From assembly GCA_051294905.1 (NCBI GenBank), contig CM119371.1, positions 13,022,001 through 13,086,000 of the forward strand: a stretch of 64,000 nucleotides of DNA, read 5' to 3'. Below, piece by piece: positions 12,607-27,300 of this stretch. The stretch comes from Botryllus schlosseri (taxonomy: Eukaryota). The position numbers were made by a program, and so were the translations under genes. Position 1 is the stretch's first letter. Each line of letters starts with the position of its first letter. A model generated the notes under the pieces. It saw only the letters and a program-made list of their open reading frames with translations. It had not been told where the DNA came from and did no database searches.

Positions 12607-12612
12607 AATAAA
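12607..12612 (+). terminator. Candidate polyadenylation signal of gene 1
   Basis: First AATAAA after the predicted stop at 12453; such hexamers are common in AT-rich DNA. Confidence 0.3.
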
Positions 12613-15600
12613 TATTTTACCGTATATTGAATTGTGTGCCCATGATACCTGAGAATCGTATTGTGAAAATATAAATGCACAATCCAACTGTAGACTAAAT
12701 CCGTAAAATCTATCCGACTATGAGCCCAGGTCGTCTACAAAAAGTCCAATTCTATTTTGTGCAGTGTAATGACGTAACCGCGTGAACAGTCCATCTCCGG
12801 CTCACAGTCCCAATAGTTTGCAAACGTGATTGATGAACTAGGATATTGATTTATTCAGCGGTAACTGTTTTTCAGGGAGTACAATATAAGGCATGGGCTG
12901 CAACAACGCTAATCGTGTACAAGAGCTAACAATTCCTCATCATCAAAATTGAAATTTGCAGTGTAAAATTACCGCGTTTCATTGAAGAAATTAAACTGTC
13001 TATTTCATGTTTAATTGATGCTATTTCGCGATGCTATTTATATTGTGCATATTGCATTTCACAGTTAGGTAATCACAACAGTTGCAAAAACATTTCACAA
13101 CTCAACGAAAACAATGGTAATACCGTAAACGTCACGTCGATCCTAAATATTTCTGAAAATGAATGTTTCACGGCGATTTTAATGTAGGCTACAGTTGCTC
13201 TTACTACAGTAGAGCTCAAGCCGCCATCCTGTTTATTATTTTGCTGTTATAATGATTGTTTCGCAAGGTAGAATCGAATAGCGGGATAAAATAAATGTAT
13301 TCCATCGTCTTACACCTTAAAAATAATTGATTAGAATATATGTTATATAAAAAGCATAAATATGGAAAAATGAAGAAAAAAATTGTTATAATCTTAGATG
13401 TGCAGTGTGTACTGTGTAGTTTCTTTACGTTTTGTGTGATGGATTATGATAGAAATTAAATACTTCAAAAAACTCAAAAAAATATAAAATTAAAAATTTT
13501 GTTGAAAATAAATGTAGTGTAGCATATGAAATCCATTGTAATGTCAATTATGTAGGATTCTCCATGCTCCATCATGATCTTGTGATCTTTCTCTATATCT
13601 TTAGTACAGTTGACTTCAGGAGAGTGTTGAAAGGTATACTTACCTAGTTTAAAACTTTCATTACCAAGATATTTCATGACCTTGATATTATTCTGTAGAA
13701 TGCCGGTCGCTGCATGTACTTTGAGCCAACGATCTTTCTTGCTTCTATGACCAATGACCAAGTTTTCTGCTACCTTGGTGTTTCTAATTGCTTCGAGCAT
13801 AATATAATTGGCTCATTTCTCTTGATGACCTCGTTTACTATTGATATGTGATTAATTAATTCTAAATGACTTTATACACCATAGTTAACAGAAAAAGTGG
13901 CAAATTGTTAATCCATAACAATCGAAATTTCAGATAATCTTATGGATGTGATTCAATGTCCCAGCTAGCACTCCCACTTGGTATCCAGGTGGAATTTAAG
14001 TGATTAGGTGGGATGGATAATCGGAATGGGTTAGTAACATGTAACCCACATCGAAACCAAGCGGGATTTACATCCATAAAGATGCGTGGTTATACCACAC
14101 CAATCCCAGGTAGATTGCAATAAGTCTCTTCTCATTGTACCTATCAATTTGAACTCGGGGGAGTTGTACTTGTTGAGTTTTTGATATCAAATCATCTTGA
14201 AACATGAGAAATCCACGAATAGAGGAGCTCAAATTTCCCATATATTACCCACACAGGAACCAACCCTATTTTCCATCAATGTTATTTGGTTTATTTCATC
14301 GAATAATAAAGGTGGTTCCGTATGTAGTAAAGATTTCTAGCTATTATGCGATCCCAGTTGGTTGCTCGAACCTCGAACATTAAAACCCCTACCATGCTTT
14401 ACTTCGTCAATGTGATTTGAACTATTTAAAATTGACCGTTTGTCACACTGAAGTGAACTTAAATTTCCGTTGCTAGAGTACTCAATTCCCCACAGCGTGC
14501 CTTACAATTTTCTTGCGTAGATCCCATTACCTTTATCCCTTATCTGTAGCTATTATTTTTACCTCAGGATTAATTTTACTCGTAAAATTTCAGTGATCAA
14601 ATAATTGGAACTTTTTATTTTCGTCAATGAAGACGGGTCGATTTTTCATACGGTTCCCACATGTGACCGAGTAGTTTTCCGAAATATATGCTTCTTTTAT
14701 ATTTTCCTACAGGAAGGTTTGTTCATCTATATAGTAAAGTCATATTATAATCGATTTCCGATTCATTCATTTGCGATGATGGTCGCTGGGACATTTCCAA
14801 ATTGAATTCCATCTCCATGTGAATTGAATTCGGGTACTGGTGACGATATGCGCCTAAGAATCGGGCGGCCTCGGTTCGACTCCCGTCGGAGGTTTGTCCG
14901 GGCTCCTCTTCTTCCGACTTGAGGCCCGAGAATGACTCGACGAAAGAATGCACTCGCAAGTTATGGAAATCGCTAGCAAGGGCCGTGGCCTCGAAAATGA
15001 TCAACATCGAGAGTAACTGTGAAGGCGGGCACTCTAAGCCGAGGTAGATGTCAGTCTAAAAGACGGCAACTGCGCGTCGGTCGGCATCCTCCTATCTGTT
15101 CATTACATCGCTTTGTGTCTTATCGCATTGTACATTGTGTCTTGTTCAGTTGAAAATATAACTCAACGATTACACTTAAACAGTGATGACCGCCTCACTC
15201 ACCCACCGTAAAGGTTATTATATACTCAGATTCCCCCCCTGGTTACCACAATTCATCTCACCTTGATACCTTGTGGTAAGTAGGCGTGCTACCTGGGGTT
15301 CCCTTTTTACTGAGATATTATGATTTGCTGCTTGACATTCTATAAATTACTCTTACTGTCCATTGTGACTAATTTGCAATTATACTGACATTATCCACAA
15401 CTCATTATAACTCAAGAGTATTGTTAATGACTCCTAATGAGTATCTGCATCTTAGACTTAGAGAGTAGTGGTTGGAATTTCCGTGATTTTATGTTGTATT
15501 GGCCTGCGTTTTCATGTTATGAAATGTATAGAATTTATTTGGAATAAATGTTAATTAGGTATTTGAGCCTTGCATTTGCTTTGGGTTATTGGAGAGACAA

Positions 15601-16229
15601 TGTATTTTACGCGAATGCGTACAATTTGACAAAAGGTTGTGTAGCAATCAGGATAAATGCCAGACAATCGTTTCTTCTGTCAGAATTCGAATGAGAGGTA
15701 GGTAGACTTGGTGAAGATCTGAGGATAAGTATCGTCATTTGTCGTTAAATGTTGGAATGTCAATAGGCATCCGTTGTAGGGTGGAGTGAAAATGACTTTT
15801 TGTTTAAATCGAAAAAAGGGGGTTCTTAAGTCCCGAAAAATGACTTGAAACTTCAATAAAATTTGGTTTTAAGGGATTGCCTCCATTTTCCAGCCGGCAT
15901 CCCCCAATTTCTGTGCGAGAGGGGGTGAAATTGCCCATCTCGACAACCACTGGTCGTAGGGTCATGAAAGCTGCAAAAACATCATGTTTCTGTCTGTATT
16001 AAGAAGAAAGTTTTCTCTATTGTGAACACAAAACGAGTTACAGCCGAAAAACACTAGATTTTTGAAGTCGATAAATGGCGGGAGTAACTAAGTTACATGT
16101 TAGTGTGATTTACACAAGAACAGCTAAATAAATAAATCTCATTTTGTAAAAAAAATATTGACTTTTTTTGACGTGTCAAAAAAAATCGCCTAAATAATGA
16201 CTTTGAATCATGTCCAGTACTTTGAAATT

Positions 16230-16414
16230 TCAACTTGACTTGACTAGTTGCTTGACTCGTGACTTGACTTGACTCGACGTGACTCGGGTCACCTCAAAAA
16301 TCGAGTGACTTGACTTGACCCTTGTCCCCTATGAAAATCATGTAAATTTACTAGACTCGAGTCAAAATGTGCAATGACTTGTGATTCGAAGGCAGTGACT
16401 TAATCCCAACACTG
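16230..16414. repeat. (TTGAC)n-rich hAT MITE right-end fragment
   Basis: Tandem GACTT/GACTC motifs ending in cccaacactg; no matching left end seen. Confidence 0.55.
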
Positions 16415-17784
16415 CCACGAACATTACCGAGGAGGGCTGCGATCCAATATAACTGATGTTCGCGTGAAGTCTTAACTAAGGGTTTTTGCATATGACATGC
16501 AATCAGAGTTCAAAAAACTAGTTGACAGTATTGAGCGACCATAGATGTCCGATTGACTTCAATAGCTGTTGTAAATAAATTCATTAAATACTGTTTTTGT
16601 TCTCTTTGCTTTAAACTTGAAGTTTACATCAAATACAATTGATTCCTTGTAGAGGTGGACAAATACGCGATTAAGGTGTAATGTATATATTCTGTAATCT
16701 GGCCTGCCAAGTACCTAATTTTACCATATCCGGCTCACCTACCGGAGGAGTTGCCCGCCACTGACAGTGACATAGGGCAAGCGCAAAACGATATATACAG
16801 CGGTTACTAGGCATGCCGTCTCCTCGGTTTCCAAAAGCGTCATGCATCGATGGCTCCTCACCTTCTGGCAGTATAGTTCTTTTAAATGTTCATATTACGT
16901 ACCCTATTTGAATGTGGGCTTTATCAACTGATCCGATAATATCGCTATGTACAGGAGAATAAAATTCGGAGCGATGACAAAACTAACTAGATTATGAAGG
17001 AAATGTAATATCGAACTGCATGATGTTATCGATTTGACGCTTTTCGTTTTTCCGCGTGGTAGAGCTAATGTATCCCGTGCATCAGTGGCTCTGAGTCAAA
17101 ACATGGAATTAAATCAGCTGATCGAGTGTTCTAATATCAGGTTTTAATTCGTTGGACGTTGGAGATACAGCTGATATATATATGAGTGCAGGCTGACTCA
17201 CTTATATTACCGGATGAAGCGAACAAGAATGACATGGTAAAGTTTTACACCTGAATTTAGTAAGATTGGATGGCGAATGCGCAAACCTAACCTATAGCTA
17301 CTTGGTGTTGATTGATTGTAGACCAGTGCTTTATTGGCATACCGTTTCGCGCTTCTACTGTGCTCACATACAATAGTACAGTCGTGGTATATCGATAGGA
17401 ATAGAGGTTACCAACTCGAAATTGTGATGGCCTCTGGCTGCATGAGTGTGTTACGAAAGGTTTGGTCTGATGTGAAAACTTTTGAAATGGTAACATGGCT
17501 TGATAGTCGATACCGGTAACCCCGGACTCTGAAAATCGCCCTCGGCAATTGTTTATGTGTTCAATCAATATGCTCGAAAATGGAATCCTGATACGTTTAG
17601 CGTATTATGTTTGATGTGCCAAGACGGTTCTCAGCGTCTTGCTTCACACCTGTGTGTATTCACTAGACTCTAGTGACTAGAGTCTTTAGTCAGCACGAGA
17701 CGCCGATTCCATATTGGCTTACAACTTCTATCAAACATGATTCCTGCCTCACTCGAGAATGAAATTACTGAATATAAAATGATG

Positions 17785-18960
17785 CTGCAAGTCTGATTAA
17801 GTTCAACCTTAAGCCATGATCAAGCCAGCTTACTGGATTGTTTGTGACATTAGGTAACTGCTAGGTAATCCCATGTCAAATGAACCAAAGAGAGATTTGG
17901 TCTCCATCAAGTTGCAGATTTTGCTGAAATTCGACTCATCACCTATAGCTGAGTAGATAGCTACCGGTATTCATTTTGAATGAAGTTTTCAAGTTATCGC
18001 ATGATGAAAACAAGCTTTCTGCTCATTTAACCGTGAAATCCAAGTGCTGTTTTTAAGCAGATCTGAACTTGTGTCTGTATAAATGAGCTACTTAGAACTG
18101 AGAATGTTGTCATGTTGTATAAATTGATAAATTCAGCAAGTCAGTGAGAAAATATTCATCTTTGGTGCCCAGCCATGACTGTAGCTGAAGGAAGGTAAAG
18201 CCCATGAAAATCACTCATGCGTAAAAATATTTCAGGACTCTTATTATCATTTCTGTTTACTTGAAAATTTTTGTAAACAGTGTCGTATGATACCTCCCCG
18301 TGGCATTGAATCCTTAGGAATTGAGTTTTTATGTAATATTTACTAATAAACTTGTGACTACAGGAAATATTTCAGATTATAAACATGTGGTGATTTTGCT
18401 GGAAATTATGCTCCATATTCTAGTTTCTCACTTAATGTAAGACGAATTTTGGCATCAAACTCAATCCTTAAGTATATATATATATTCTATGTTTCAACAG
18501 AATTCATATGACACCCTTCACAAAAGTTTTGAAGCAAGCCTACGGTATAAACAAAAATGAGAGGAAGAAATTGGGGGATATGTACCTAAACTTAATACCT
18601 CAACTTTTGCATGATAAAAACAATCATCTTATGTAACATAACAATGAGAACAACTATTTATTGCCAGAGTATCTCATTTACAGACTGTTTCAAATGAGCT
18701 TGAAAAAACTTCCATTTCACGGTTAAATGAGCAGAAAAAGCTTGTTTTTATATGCGATAACCTGATAACCGCTTATGTTGGCCTACCGGTAATTGCGTTA
18801 AAATAAATTGCTCTTTAAGCATATCAACTCAGAAATAATTCATAATGTCTTGATCCAAATATCTACAAAATCTGAAACTTTATTGATCTGTTTGATCTGA
18901 AATTGAGTTTCAGCTTGGATTCAGAAGCATCTATGTATGAAGTTGATTTAGACTAGGCCT
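17785..18960. mobile_element. Old non-autonomous DNA element with about 300-bp diverged inverted arms
   Basis: 17985-18095 is reverse-complementary to about 18665-18765; a second diverged copy lies at about 20025-21470. Confidence 0.55.
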
Positions 18961-20024
18961 ATTTGCCTACTAATTAAATATTATTAAGCAAAACATGTCA
19001 GTCATATTTCTCTTCTCATCCAGCTTTCATATAACAAGTTGCTTCCCAATTTTTGTGTAGACAGAATTGCGTTAAAAATGTTCCAAGTTTATGTCACACA
19101 TGATCTATTTGGAAAGGGTAGGTTACTAAGACTGATATTGACCCCTGACCGCATTTGATTGGTAAAATTTTTTCCCTTCAGTATCGAGAGTTTCTTGTAT
19201 TCTGTTATTAGACACCATCGTCCGCTCTTAATTACTTCAATACACTGTTTTATGACCGTACTGTACCAGGGAATGTGAGACTAATTTAACTTCATCGTAG
19301 AGTGAGCACAAAATGGTTTCAGGGCATCAATATTGAAAAAATCACGTTTTCTACACTCAGTGCTAGATACCAGATTCACTCCTAAAATGACATGAAAATC
19401 TGAGACCTAGTGGGTCACTGTGTTGTTGACTTGAAATGGAATTACCGATGGACGATGATGCTGGAGACGAAATAAAGCAGGAAAAAGGTTTGCTCGTAAT
19501 TACCAGGCTTGCATCTGGGCAAAATCGAATACCGGTACCTGAGTGATTCTATTCTGAATCAAGTATTAGGCTTCACATCAAGTATTTGATAATCACTCAT
19601 GATGACGATATAAGTATATGGGAGTCAGGGAGAACTAATAGTTTGAGTATGTAGCCTACTTTCCTTTTAACCGCGAAACATATAGCCCGGCTCTTCACCA
19701 CATAACGATATTCTTCGAAAATACTTTATTTGGCTTCGTGACAATGTTGCAAGTCGATCCAGCTACACAGAAATGTCATTTACGATAATGTAAAAGCTTT
19801 TTACAACATGTTTCGTATGTTGCAATATGACCAATTGGAGTTTCAGAAAATTTAGGCGATTATAGATTTTTGATGGAACTGGGCGTGAAGTTTCATTAGT
19901 CTAAAAAATCGTCTTTTACTACTCGACTCGAATCATTACAGTTACGGTACGCCTATTCGATTCAGATTCGAGAACCGTTACGCAAATCAGTGTGTCACGG
20001 TCCTGTGCCTCAAAGTAAAACTAT

Positions 20025-21470
20025 GCTGCGAGTCTGATCAAGTTTAACCTTGAGCCGTGATCAATCAAGCGTAAGGGATTGTTTGTGCCATGAAAACAGA
20101 TTTGGACTCTATCAAGTTTCAGATTTTGCAGAAGTTTGGTTTATAACCTACTGAAATATATTTTGAATGAATTAGGGGAGATGTGGTACCGATGGATCAA
20201 TAATTGGAAAATGGTCGCTGGCCCCAAAATGTTCAGCCGAAAACAGCAGATCTTTTGCTGGCTCAGCACTTTGATACAAGCTCTACCTATCACGCACATA
20301 TACACGAATACCCGTCTTTTCAAAAAATATTTATGGACGTTCAAAATTTGTTGCTCGAACGTGTCATCGGTCCCCACCCGGTGGGTCCAATGACACACGA
20401 CCCGGGGACCTATGACACATATACCCTAAAAAACTCAAATGTGACTACTTTTCTTGCTCAGTATTATAATCTAAGCTGCTGCAAGCCAAAGAAGAATGTT
20501 TGGTCGCAACTGTCAAAAAATAGAATAAATATTAACTCAAATGTTGTCATAAAATCACGTTTCGATTTAGGCTCGAACTTATAAATTTGTGGGTACATAC
20601 ATATTGCCTGAAAATCGACAGTGTGACTTCCAAATACCTCGTTATAGCGATAAAACATCATATCCAATTATTAGATAAAGATTTTCTGTACGTAGGCATG
20701 TTTCATTTGTTTCATGATTAGTATGCTTGATTATTTTGCTTGATTTGGCTATTGTATCATCGGTCCCCACCCTACGAATTTTATACATGAATCGAAAAAA
20801 GTCCACTCAAGGAAAGTACTGAAAAAAATAATAGGTGCCATTATATAGCCTGATACAAGCCCTACACTTCACAATAAAAATTATTGCTGGTTTGTTCGTG
20901 TTGACGGTTACAAAGAAAAATGTATATGTCAATCTAAATTTAGTTTAGACCCCCCAAAACAAAAATCATCTGTGAGAGACCCCATAGCTCGCCCACGTCG
21001 AATTTTTTTGTATGTGAGGAAAGATTTTGCCAGCATGCAATTGTAGACAAGTTCACGAAGTGTAATCATGGAATTATCATAGAGAATTTTCAAAGTATTT
21101 TCGGTCCCAGTGATCCATCGGTACCACATCTCCCCTACATACCATAAGTATAGTTTCCAAGTTATAGCATGATGAAAAACAAGCTTTAATTGATCATTCA
21201 ACTGTGAAATTGAAGGGCTTTTTCAAAGCAGATTTGAAATTGCGTCTGTAATTGAGCTACTTTGACCTTCAAATCCTGTTCACTTTGTTACAGTATAAAG
21301 ATTGGTCTATTCTGTCATTTAAGTAAGAGATTACGCCTAATCAGTTTTGATGCTCGGCCGTAAATGTAGCTCGAGTTGTGGGTCATTGTCTATAGAAATC
21401 AGTCAAGCATGACTATATTATAGGATTCTCCCTCTCATTTCTGTCCACTTTGAAATTTTTGCCACCTAAT
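20025..21470. mobile_element. Second partial copy of the 17785 element, split by a younger insertion
   Basis: 20025-20170 and 21150-21470 align collinearly with 17785-18280. Confidence 0.55.
20173..21137. mobile_element. TIR DNA element (probably Tc1/mariner-pogo type)
   Basis: Perfect 27-bp inverted repeat TAGGGGAGATGTGGTACCGATGGATCA at 20173-20199 and 21111-21137; superfamily is inferred. Confidence 0.8.
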
Positions 21471-22664
21471 AAAAAATTCGACAACTATACTGATTAGCAT
21501 CAATGTTATGAACTATCTCTAGACTCTCCAAGCTAATACTTTATTACGGTACTGTTCTTGAGTAGCAACAATGTTTGCTACCACCTTGACTCGGCCTGAA
21601 AATATTTCATTAAACTACTTGAGTGGCATTAATGTCGGTATCTATCTCAACCTTGTTACAGATAGCATGGAACTGACCCGAAATTTTATGCAATTCAGCG
21701 CTATATCAAGATCCAAATAAAATTTAGTGCCGTGTCTCTCACATTGATAAAGTTGCCGATTATGGCTAATCTCGTAGTATAGTTGGCGACATTGGAAAAA
21801 GAGATACATTCACAAGAGGCCAGTATTTCCGGCGCATAATGTGTCTGCTTGGTCTTAATGCTTGGTTGCCTTCAGTTATTAAGTCCAAAAAGAAATGCGA
21901 CATCAAGACATTTCCCGCTGTTATCGAAGGGGGGCTGGTGTTTATTCAAATCTGTCGTTGGGTGTTACGGAAGACGGTTTGGCCAAGCCTTTCTATGAGT
22001 ATGGACAGATTTGCTATGCCAAGGTAGAAATTATTTTGTAACGTAGGCCTATGTCTATTGCATCACTGGTCGGCAGTCCACGAGTCTTGTGTAGGCTACA
22101 CTCTAAATCGAGAGCATCGATTTAGACACAAAATTGTGCATTCAAAGATGCAATATGGGACAAACACATAAGTCGACCCAAATCTTTCGCCGAAGTGGTG
22201 TCATAATATGTGCAAGTCCACACTTCATCAGATAAAGTTACGAAATATGTGCTTCTGCTCTCATCTTATCATCTGTCGCCGGCTTTGATCACTATGAAAG
22301 AGTTTACGTATACATTTTAATAGTCCGGTAAGTCGCCGCACGAGTTGTGAGATCAGTAAGATTGAGAGGGATTGTGAGGTCGACGCTGGAAACGCTGCTG
22401 AAATGTAATCGTAATGTCACTGGTAAATGACCAGATCATCCAGGGTAAGGTACGGTACACTCGTGTGCCGATCATGACGTCATCGGTAAACCCAATGACC
22501 CTGGGGTCCGTTTGCTCCCGCTGGGTTATTTGCAGGGGAGGAATTAAGCTGCAAGATATAGATTCTCAAATGATGCAGCATTTCTATAATAGATGTTGAA
22601 CGGTAATAATGACTCTCGTGTAAGTAATGCGTGCTTTTAGCCCCGTTTACATATAGCTCAGAAG

Positions 22665-22861
22665 CAATGTTACCTCTAATTTTGACGAGTCTGCAGCAAA
22701 CGCTCACCTATTCACTGCGCGGTCCCTTGGACAACAGTGCGTAACCACTAAAAAAAAAGGTCATCACTTCGGATTTTTTGTGCGCAACTTATAATTTATG
22801 TGAGCAGAGACCGTGTCAGCTCAAATCAATTGCACACATGCGTACCTAAAAGGGCACATTG
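22665..22861. mobile_element. CAATGTT-family MITE (shared by both EnSpm copies)
   Basis: Ends CAATGTTACCT / AGGGCACATTG; TSD CTCAGAAG/CTCAGGAG. Confidence 0.75.
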
Positions 22862-23333
22862 CTCAGGAGCCATGAAGTGGACTGCTGTTTCATCAATGTC
22901 GCTCCATTATTTTAGTGTGTCGCTTTCTTGCATTTACTGGATTTTGTGAACGTTTCTCTTCTCATTTTATTTACCTACCAAACTGGCAGAAGAAATTGAT
23001 CATTTCAACCCAACTATATATATCATTGTTACAACCACATGATTGCCTGACTTGACTATGACTTCCATGATATTGCTTTTCCTCATTATTGATCATTGAT
23101 ACATCAGCAGTATAGCAATGAAGAAATCAATCAATCAATCAATCATTGTCATCACCATGTAATTTTGAAGTACGTTGTTTAGTAATCGTTAGTGTTACCT
23201 TGCTATTATCAGTGCATTCTGCTTTTGACTGTTGACTGAATAAACATCTCTGTATTTCTCTATTGCTATCCTCCTCTCTCTCTCCCTCTCTCTCATTCAC
23301 GCTTCACATCTCTCGGTAACAGCGGGAACTCAG

Positions 23334-23612
23334 CAGAGATGGGCGGATTCCAAAATTTCGGGATCCGAATCTATCCGGATCCGGCTGGCAATTGGAAATT
23401 CAGAGTCCGAAAAAATCCGGCTGGTGAATGTCCAGTTCGGAATCCGAAAAAATCCTGCCAGAACAATGCTAATTAATCATATTCAGCAAAAAAATCCGGC
23501 TAAAATCCGACCGTCACCCCAAATTCAAAATCCGGATCCAGTCCGGCCAGGTAAAAAATCATTGAAATCCTGCTTCGGATCCGGCTCCTGAACCGGACTG
23601 TGGCCATCTCTG
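23334..23612. mobile_element. hAT MITE present only in EnSpm copy 1
   Basis: TIR CAGAGATGG; TSD GAACTCAG; ATCCGG repeats; empty site at about 35496-35503. Confidence 0.9.
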
Positions 23613-24203
23613 GAACTCAGTCACGGTCAAAGGGTCAAATTTAAATGGAGCGACAGGTCGCAGTACAGTGACTTTGTGGATGTGGATGAACGTGTCGCTA
23701 ATCTCATCATAGCGGAAGGAATAAAGAAGATGTTGATTGCGTACGGCATACGAGAGAACACATTGCTTTAATAATTGAAGGTAATTCGTTCAAGAATATC
23801 AACATGCGATATGTTATGATTACCGGTATGTTGTCAAGAGGGTTCTTACAGCAAGCAGCAGTGTGAGAAATATTGGTAGATTGCCTTTTAGATCAACTTG
23901 CAGTAGCATCGAAACTGAGTTTCAGAATGTCAGTTAATCCTCTAACTTGATGCAATATGGGTTTACAACTAGAATTCTTGACCAAGTTATATAGATCTTG
24001 CTTTGCAGTTGACTCACTTGTTTTTCCAATTACATGACATCTTCATTGGTTGAAAACATGATATTTCATTCATGAACCTATTATAATAATTATTGTTCAT
24101 ATTATCCAGTGAAATAAATCTTATTATATCCATATCAAGTTCCCTCTATACAACAAAGTGGAATGTCCTTCAACCAAATCTTTTACTTTATATTTATTTG
24201 TAG

Positions 24204-24303
24204 GGAAAACAAGCCGCTGCGGTTATGCTCCTGAGGGAGTTACGAAATGCAGTAACTGAAAAGAGAATCCCAACAGGATTTGAGGGCGATAACGCTTTAT
24301 CAG
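24204..24303 (+). pseudogene. Exon remnant of the EnSpm-borne spliced gene; GKQAAAVMLLRELRNAVTEKRIPTGFEGDNALS
   Basis: tttatttgtag acceptor, CAG|gtgagt donor, open frame; homologue with a small deletion at about 36577-36669. Confidence 0.5.
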
Positions 24304-24344
24304 GTGAGTTGTAGGATTTGCTGCTTGATTAACCTGGAACTGGA

Positions 24345-27300
24345 ATTCTAATTCTACCCCTATTTTTAAAATGTTTTTTTAGAATCTAATTTGTGAAAAC
24401 AACTGTGTTACCATAATTCTAATTCTACTCCTATTTTTAAAATGTTTTTTTGCTCTAATTAGAATCTAATTTGTGAAAACAACTGTGTTACCATAATTCT
24501 AATTCTACTCCTATTTTTAAAATGTTTTTTTGCTCTAATTAGAATCTAATTTGTGAAAACAACTGTGTTACCATAATTCTAATTCTACTCCTATTTTTAA
24601 AATGTTTTTTTGCTCTAATTAGAATCTAATTTGTGAAAACAACTGTGTTACCATAATTCTAATTCTACTCCTATTTTTAAAATGTTTTTTTGCTCTAATT
24701 AGAATCTAATTTGTGAAAACAACTGTGTTACCATAATTCTAATTCTACTCCTATTTTTAAAATGTTTTTTTGCTCTAATTAGAATATAATTTGTGATAAG
24801 AACTGTGTCGCTATGATTCTAACTCTACTCCAATTTATGAAATGTTTTTTGCACTAACTAGAATCTAATTTGTGATAACAACTGTGTTGCTGTGATGGTA
24901 ATTCTACTCCTATTTTTGAAATGCTTTTTGCTCCAATTAGAATCTATTTTATGATAACAACTGCGTCGCTATAATTCAATTCTACTCCAATTTGAGAAAT
25001 GTTTTTTTTTATCTAATTAGAATCTAATTTGTGAAAACAACTGTGTTATCATAATTCTAATTCTACTCCTATTTTTAAAATGTTTTTTTGATCTAATTAG
25101 AATCTAATTTGTGAAAACAACTGTGTTATCATAATTCTAATTCTACTCCTATTTTTAAAATGTTTTTTTGATCTAATTAGAATCTAATTTGTGAAAACAA
25201 CTGTGTTACCATAATTCTAATTCTACTCCTATTTTTAAAATGTTTTTTTGATCTAATTAGAATCTAATTTGTGAAAACAACTGTGTTACCATAATTCTAA
25301 TTCTACTCCTACTTTTAAAGTGTTTTTTTGATCTAATTAGAATCTAATTTGTGAAAACAACTGTGTTACCATAATTCTAATTCTACTCCTATTTTTAAAA
25401 TGTTTTTTTGATCTAATTAGAATCTAATTTGTGAAAACAACTGTGTTACCATAATTCTAATTCTACTCCTATTTTTAAAATGTTTTTTTGATCTAATTAG
25501 AATCTAATTTGTGAAAACAACTGTGTTACCATAATTCTAATTCTACTCCTATTTTTAAAATGTTTTTTTGATCTAATTAGAATCTAATTTGTGAAAACAA
25601 CTGTGTTACCATAATTCTAATTCTACTCCTACTTTTAAAATGTTTTTTTGATCTAATTAGAATCTAATTTGTGAAAACAACTGTGTTACCATAATTCTAA
25701 TTCTACTCCTATTTTTAAAATGTTTTTTTGATCTAATTAGAATCTAATTTGTGAAAACAACTGTGTTACCATAATTCTAATTCTACTCCTACTTTTAAAA
25801 TGTTTTTTTGATCTAATTAGAATCTAATTTGTGAAAACAACTGTGTTACCATAATTCTAATTCTACTCCTATTTTTGAAATGTTTTTTGCGCTAATTAGA
25901 ATCTAATTTGTGAAAACAACTGTGTTACCATAATTCTAATTCTACTCCTATTTTTAAAATGTTTTTTTGATTTAATTAGAATCTAATTTGTGAAAACAAC
26001 TGTGTTACCATAATTCTAATTCTACTCCTATTTTTAAAATGTTTTTTTGATCTAATTAGAATCTAATTTGTGAAAACAACTGTGTTACCATAATTCTAAT
26101 TCTACTCCTACTTTTAAAATGTTTTTTTGATCTAATTAGAATCTAATTTGTGAAAACAACTGTGTTACCATAATTCTAATTCTACTCCTATTTTTAAAAT
26201 GTTTTTTTGATCTAATTAGAATCTAATTTGTGAAAACAACTGTGTTACCATAATTCTAATTCTACTCCTATTTTTAAAATGTTTTTTTGATCTAATTAGA
26301 ATCTAATTTGTGAAAACAACTGTGTTACCATAATTCTAATTCTACTCTTATTTTTAAAATGTTTTTTTGATCTAATTAGAATCTAATTTGTGAAAACAAC
26401 TGTTTTACCATAATTCTAATTCTACTCCTACTTTTAAAATGTTTTTTTGATCTAATTAGAATCTAATTTGTGAAAACAACTGTGTTACCATAATTCTAAT
26501 TCTACTCCTACTTTTAAAATGTTTTTTTGATCTAATTAGAATCTAATTTGTGAAAACAACTGTGTTACCATAATTCTAATTCTACTCCTATTTTTAAAAT
26601 GTTTTTTTGATCTAATTAGAATCTAATTTGTGAAAACAACTGTGTTACCATAATTCTAATTCTACTCCTATTTTTAAAATGTTTTTTTTGATCTAATTAG
26701 AATCTAATTTGTGAAAACAACTGTGTTACCATAATTCTAATTCTACTCCTATTTTTAAAATGTTTTTTTGATCTAATTAGAATCTAATTTGTGAAAACAA
26801 CTGTGTTACCATAATTCTAATTCTACTCCTACTTTTAAAATGTTTTTTTGATCTAATTAGAATCTAATTTGTGATAACAACTGTGTCGCTATGACTTTAA
26901 TTCTACTCCAAGTTGGGAAATATTTTTTTGCACTAATTAGAATCTAATTTGTGAAAACAACTGTGTTGCTGTGATGGTAATTCTACTCCAATTTATGAAA
27001 TGTTTTTTGCACTAATTAGAATCTAATTTGTGATAACAACTGTGTCGCTATGACTTTAATTCTACTCCAATTTGGGAAATATTTTTTTGCACATATTAGA
27101 ATCTAATTTGTGAAAACAACTCTGTTGCTATGATTGTAATTCTACTCCAATTTTTGAGATGCTTCTTTGCTTTGAATCAAATGTAATTTGTGGCTGCAAC
27201 TGGTCGCTATGATTCTAATTCCATACCAATTTGTGAAATGTTTCTTTGCTCTAATTAGAATGTAATTTGTGATAAGAACTGTGTCGCTATGATTCTAACT

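Noticed and set aside
14825..14895. Intact tRNA gene
   Set aside because: T-loop motif present but acceptor stem and D-arm do not fold
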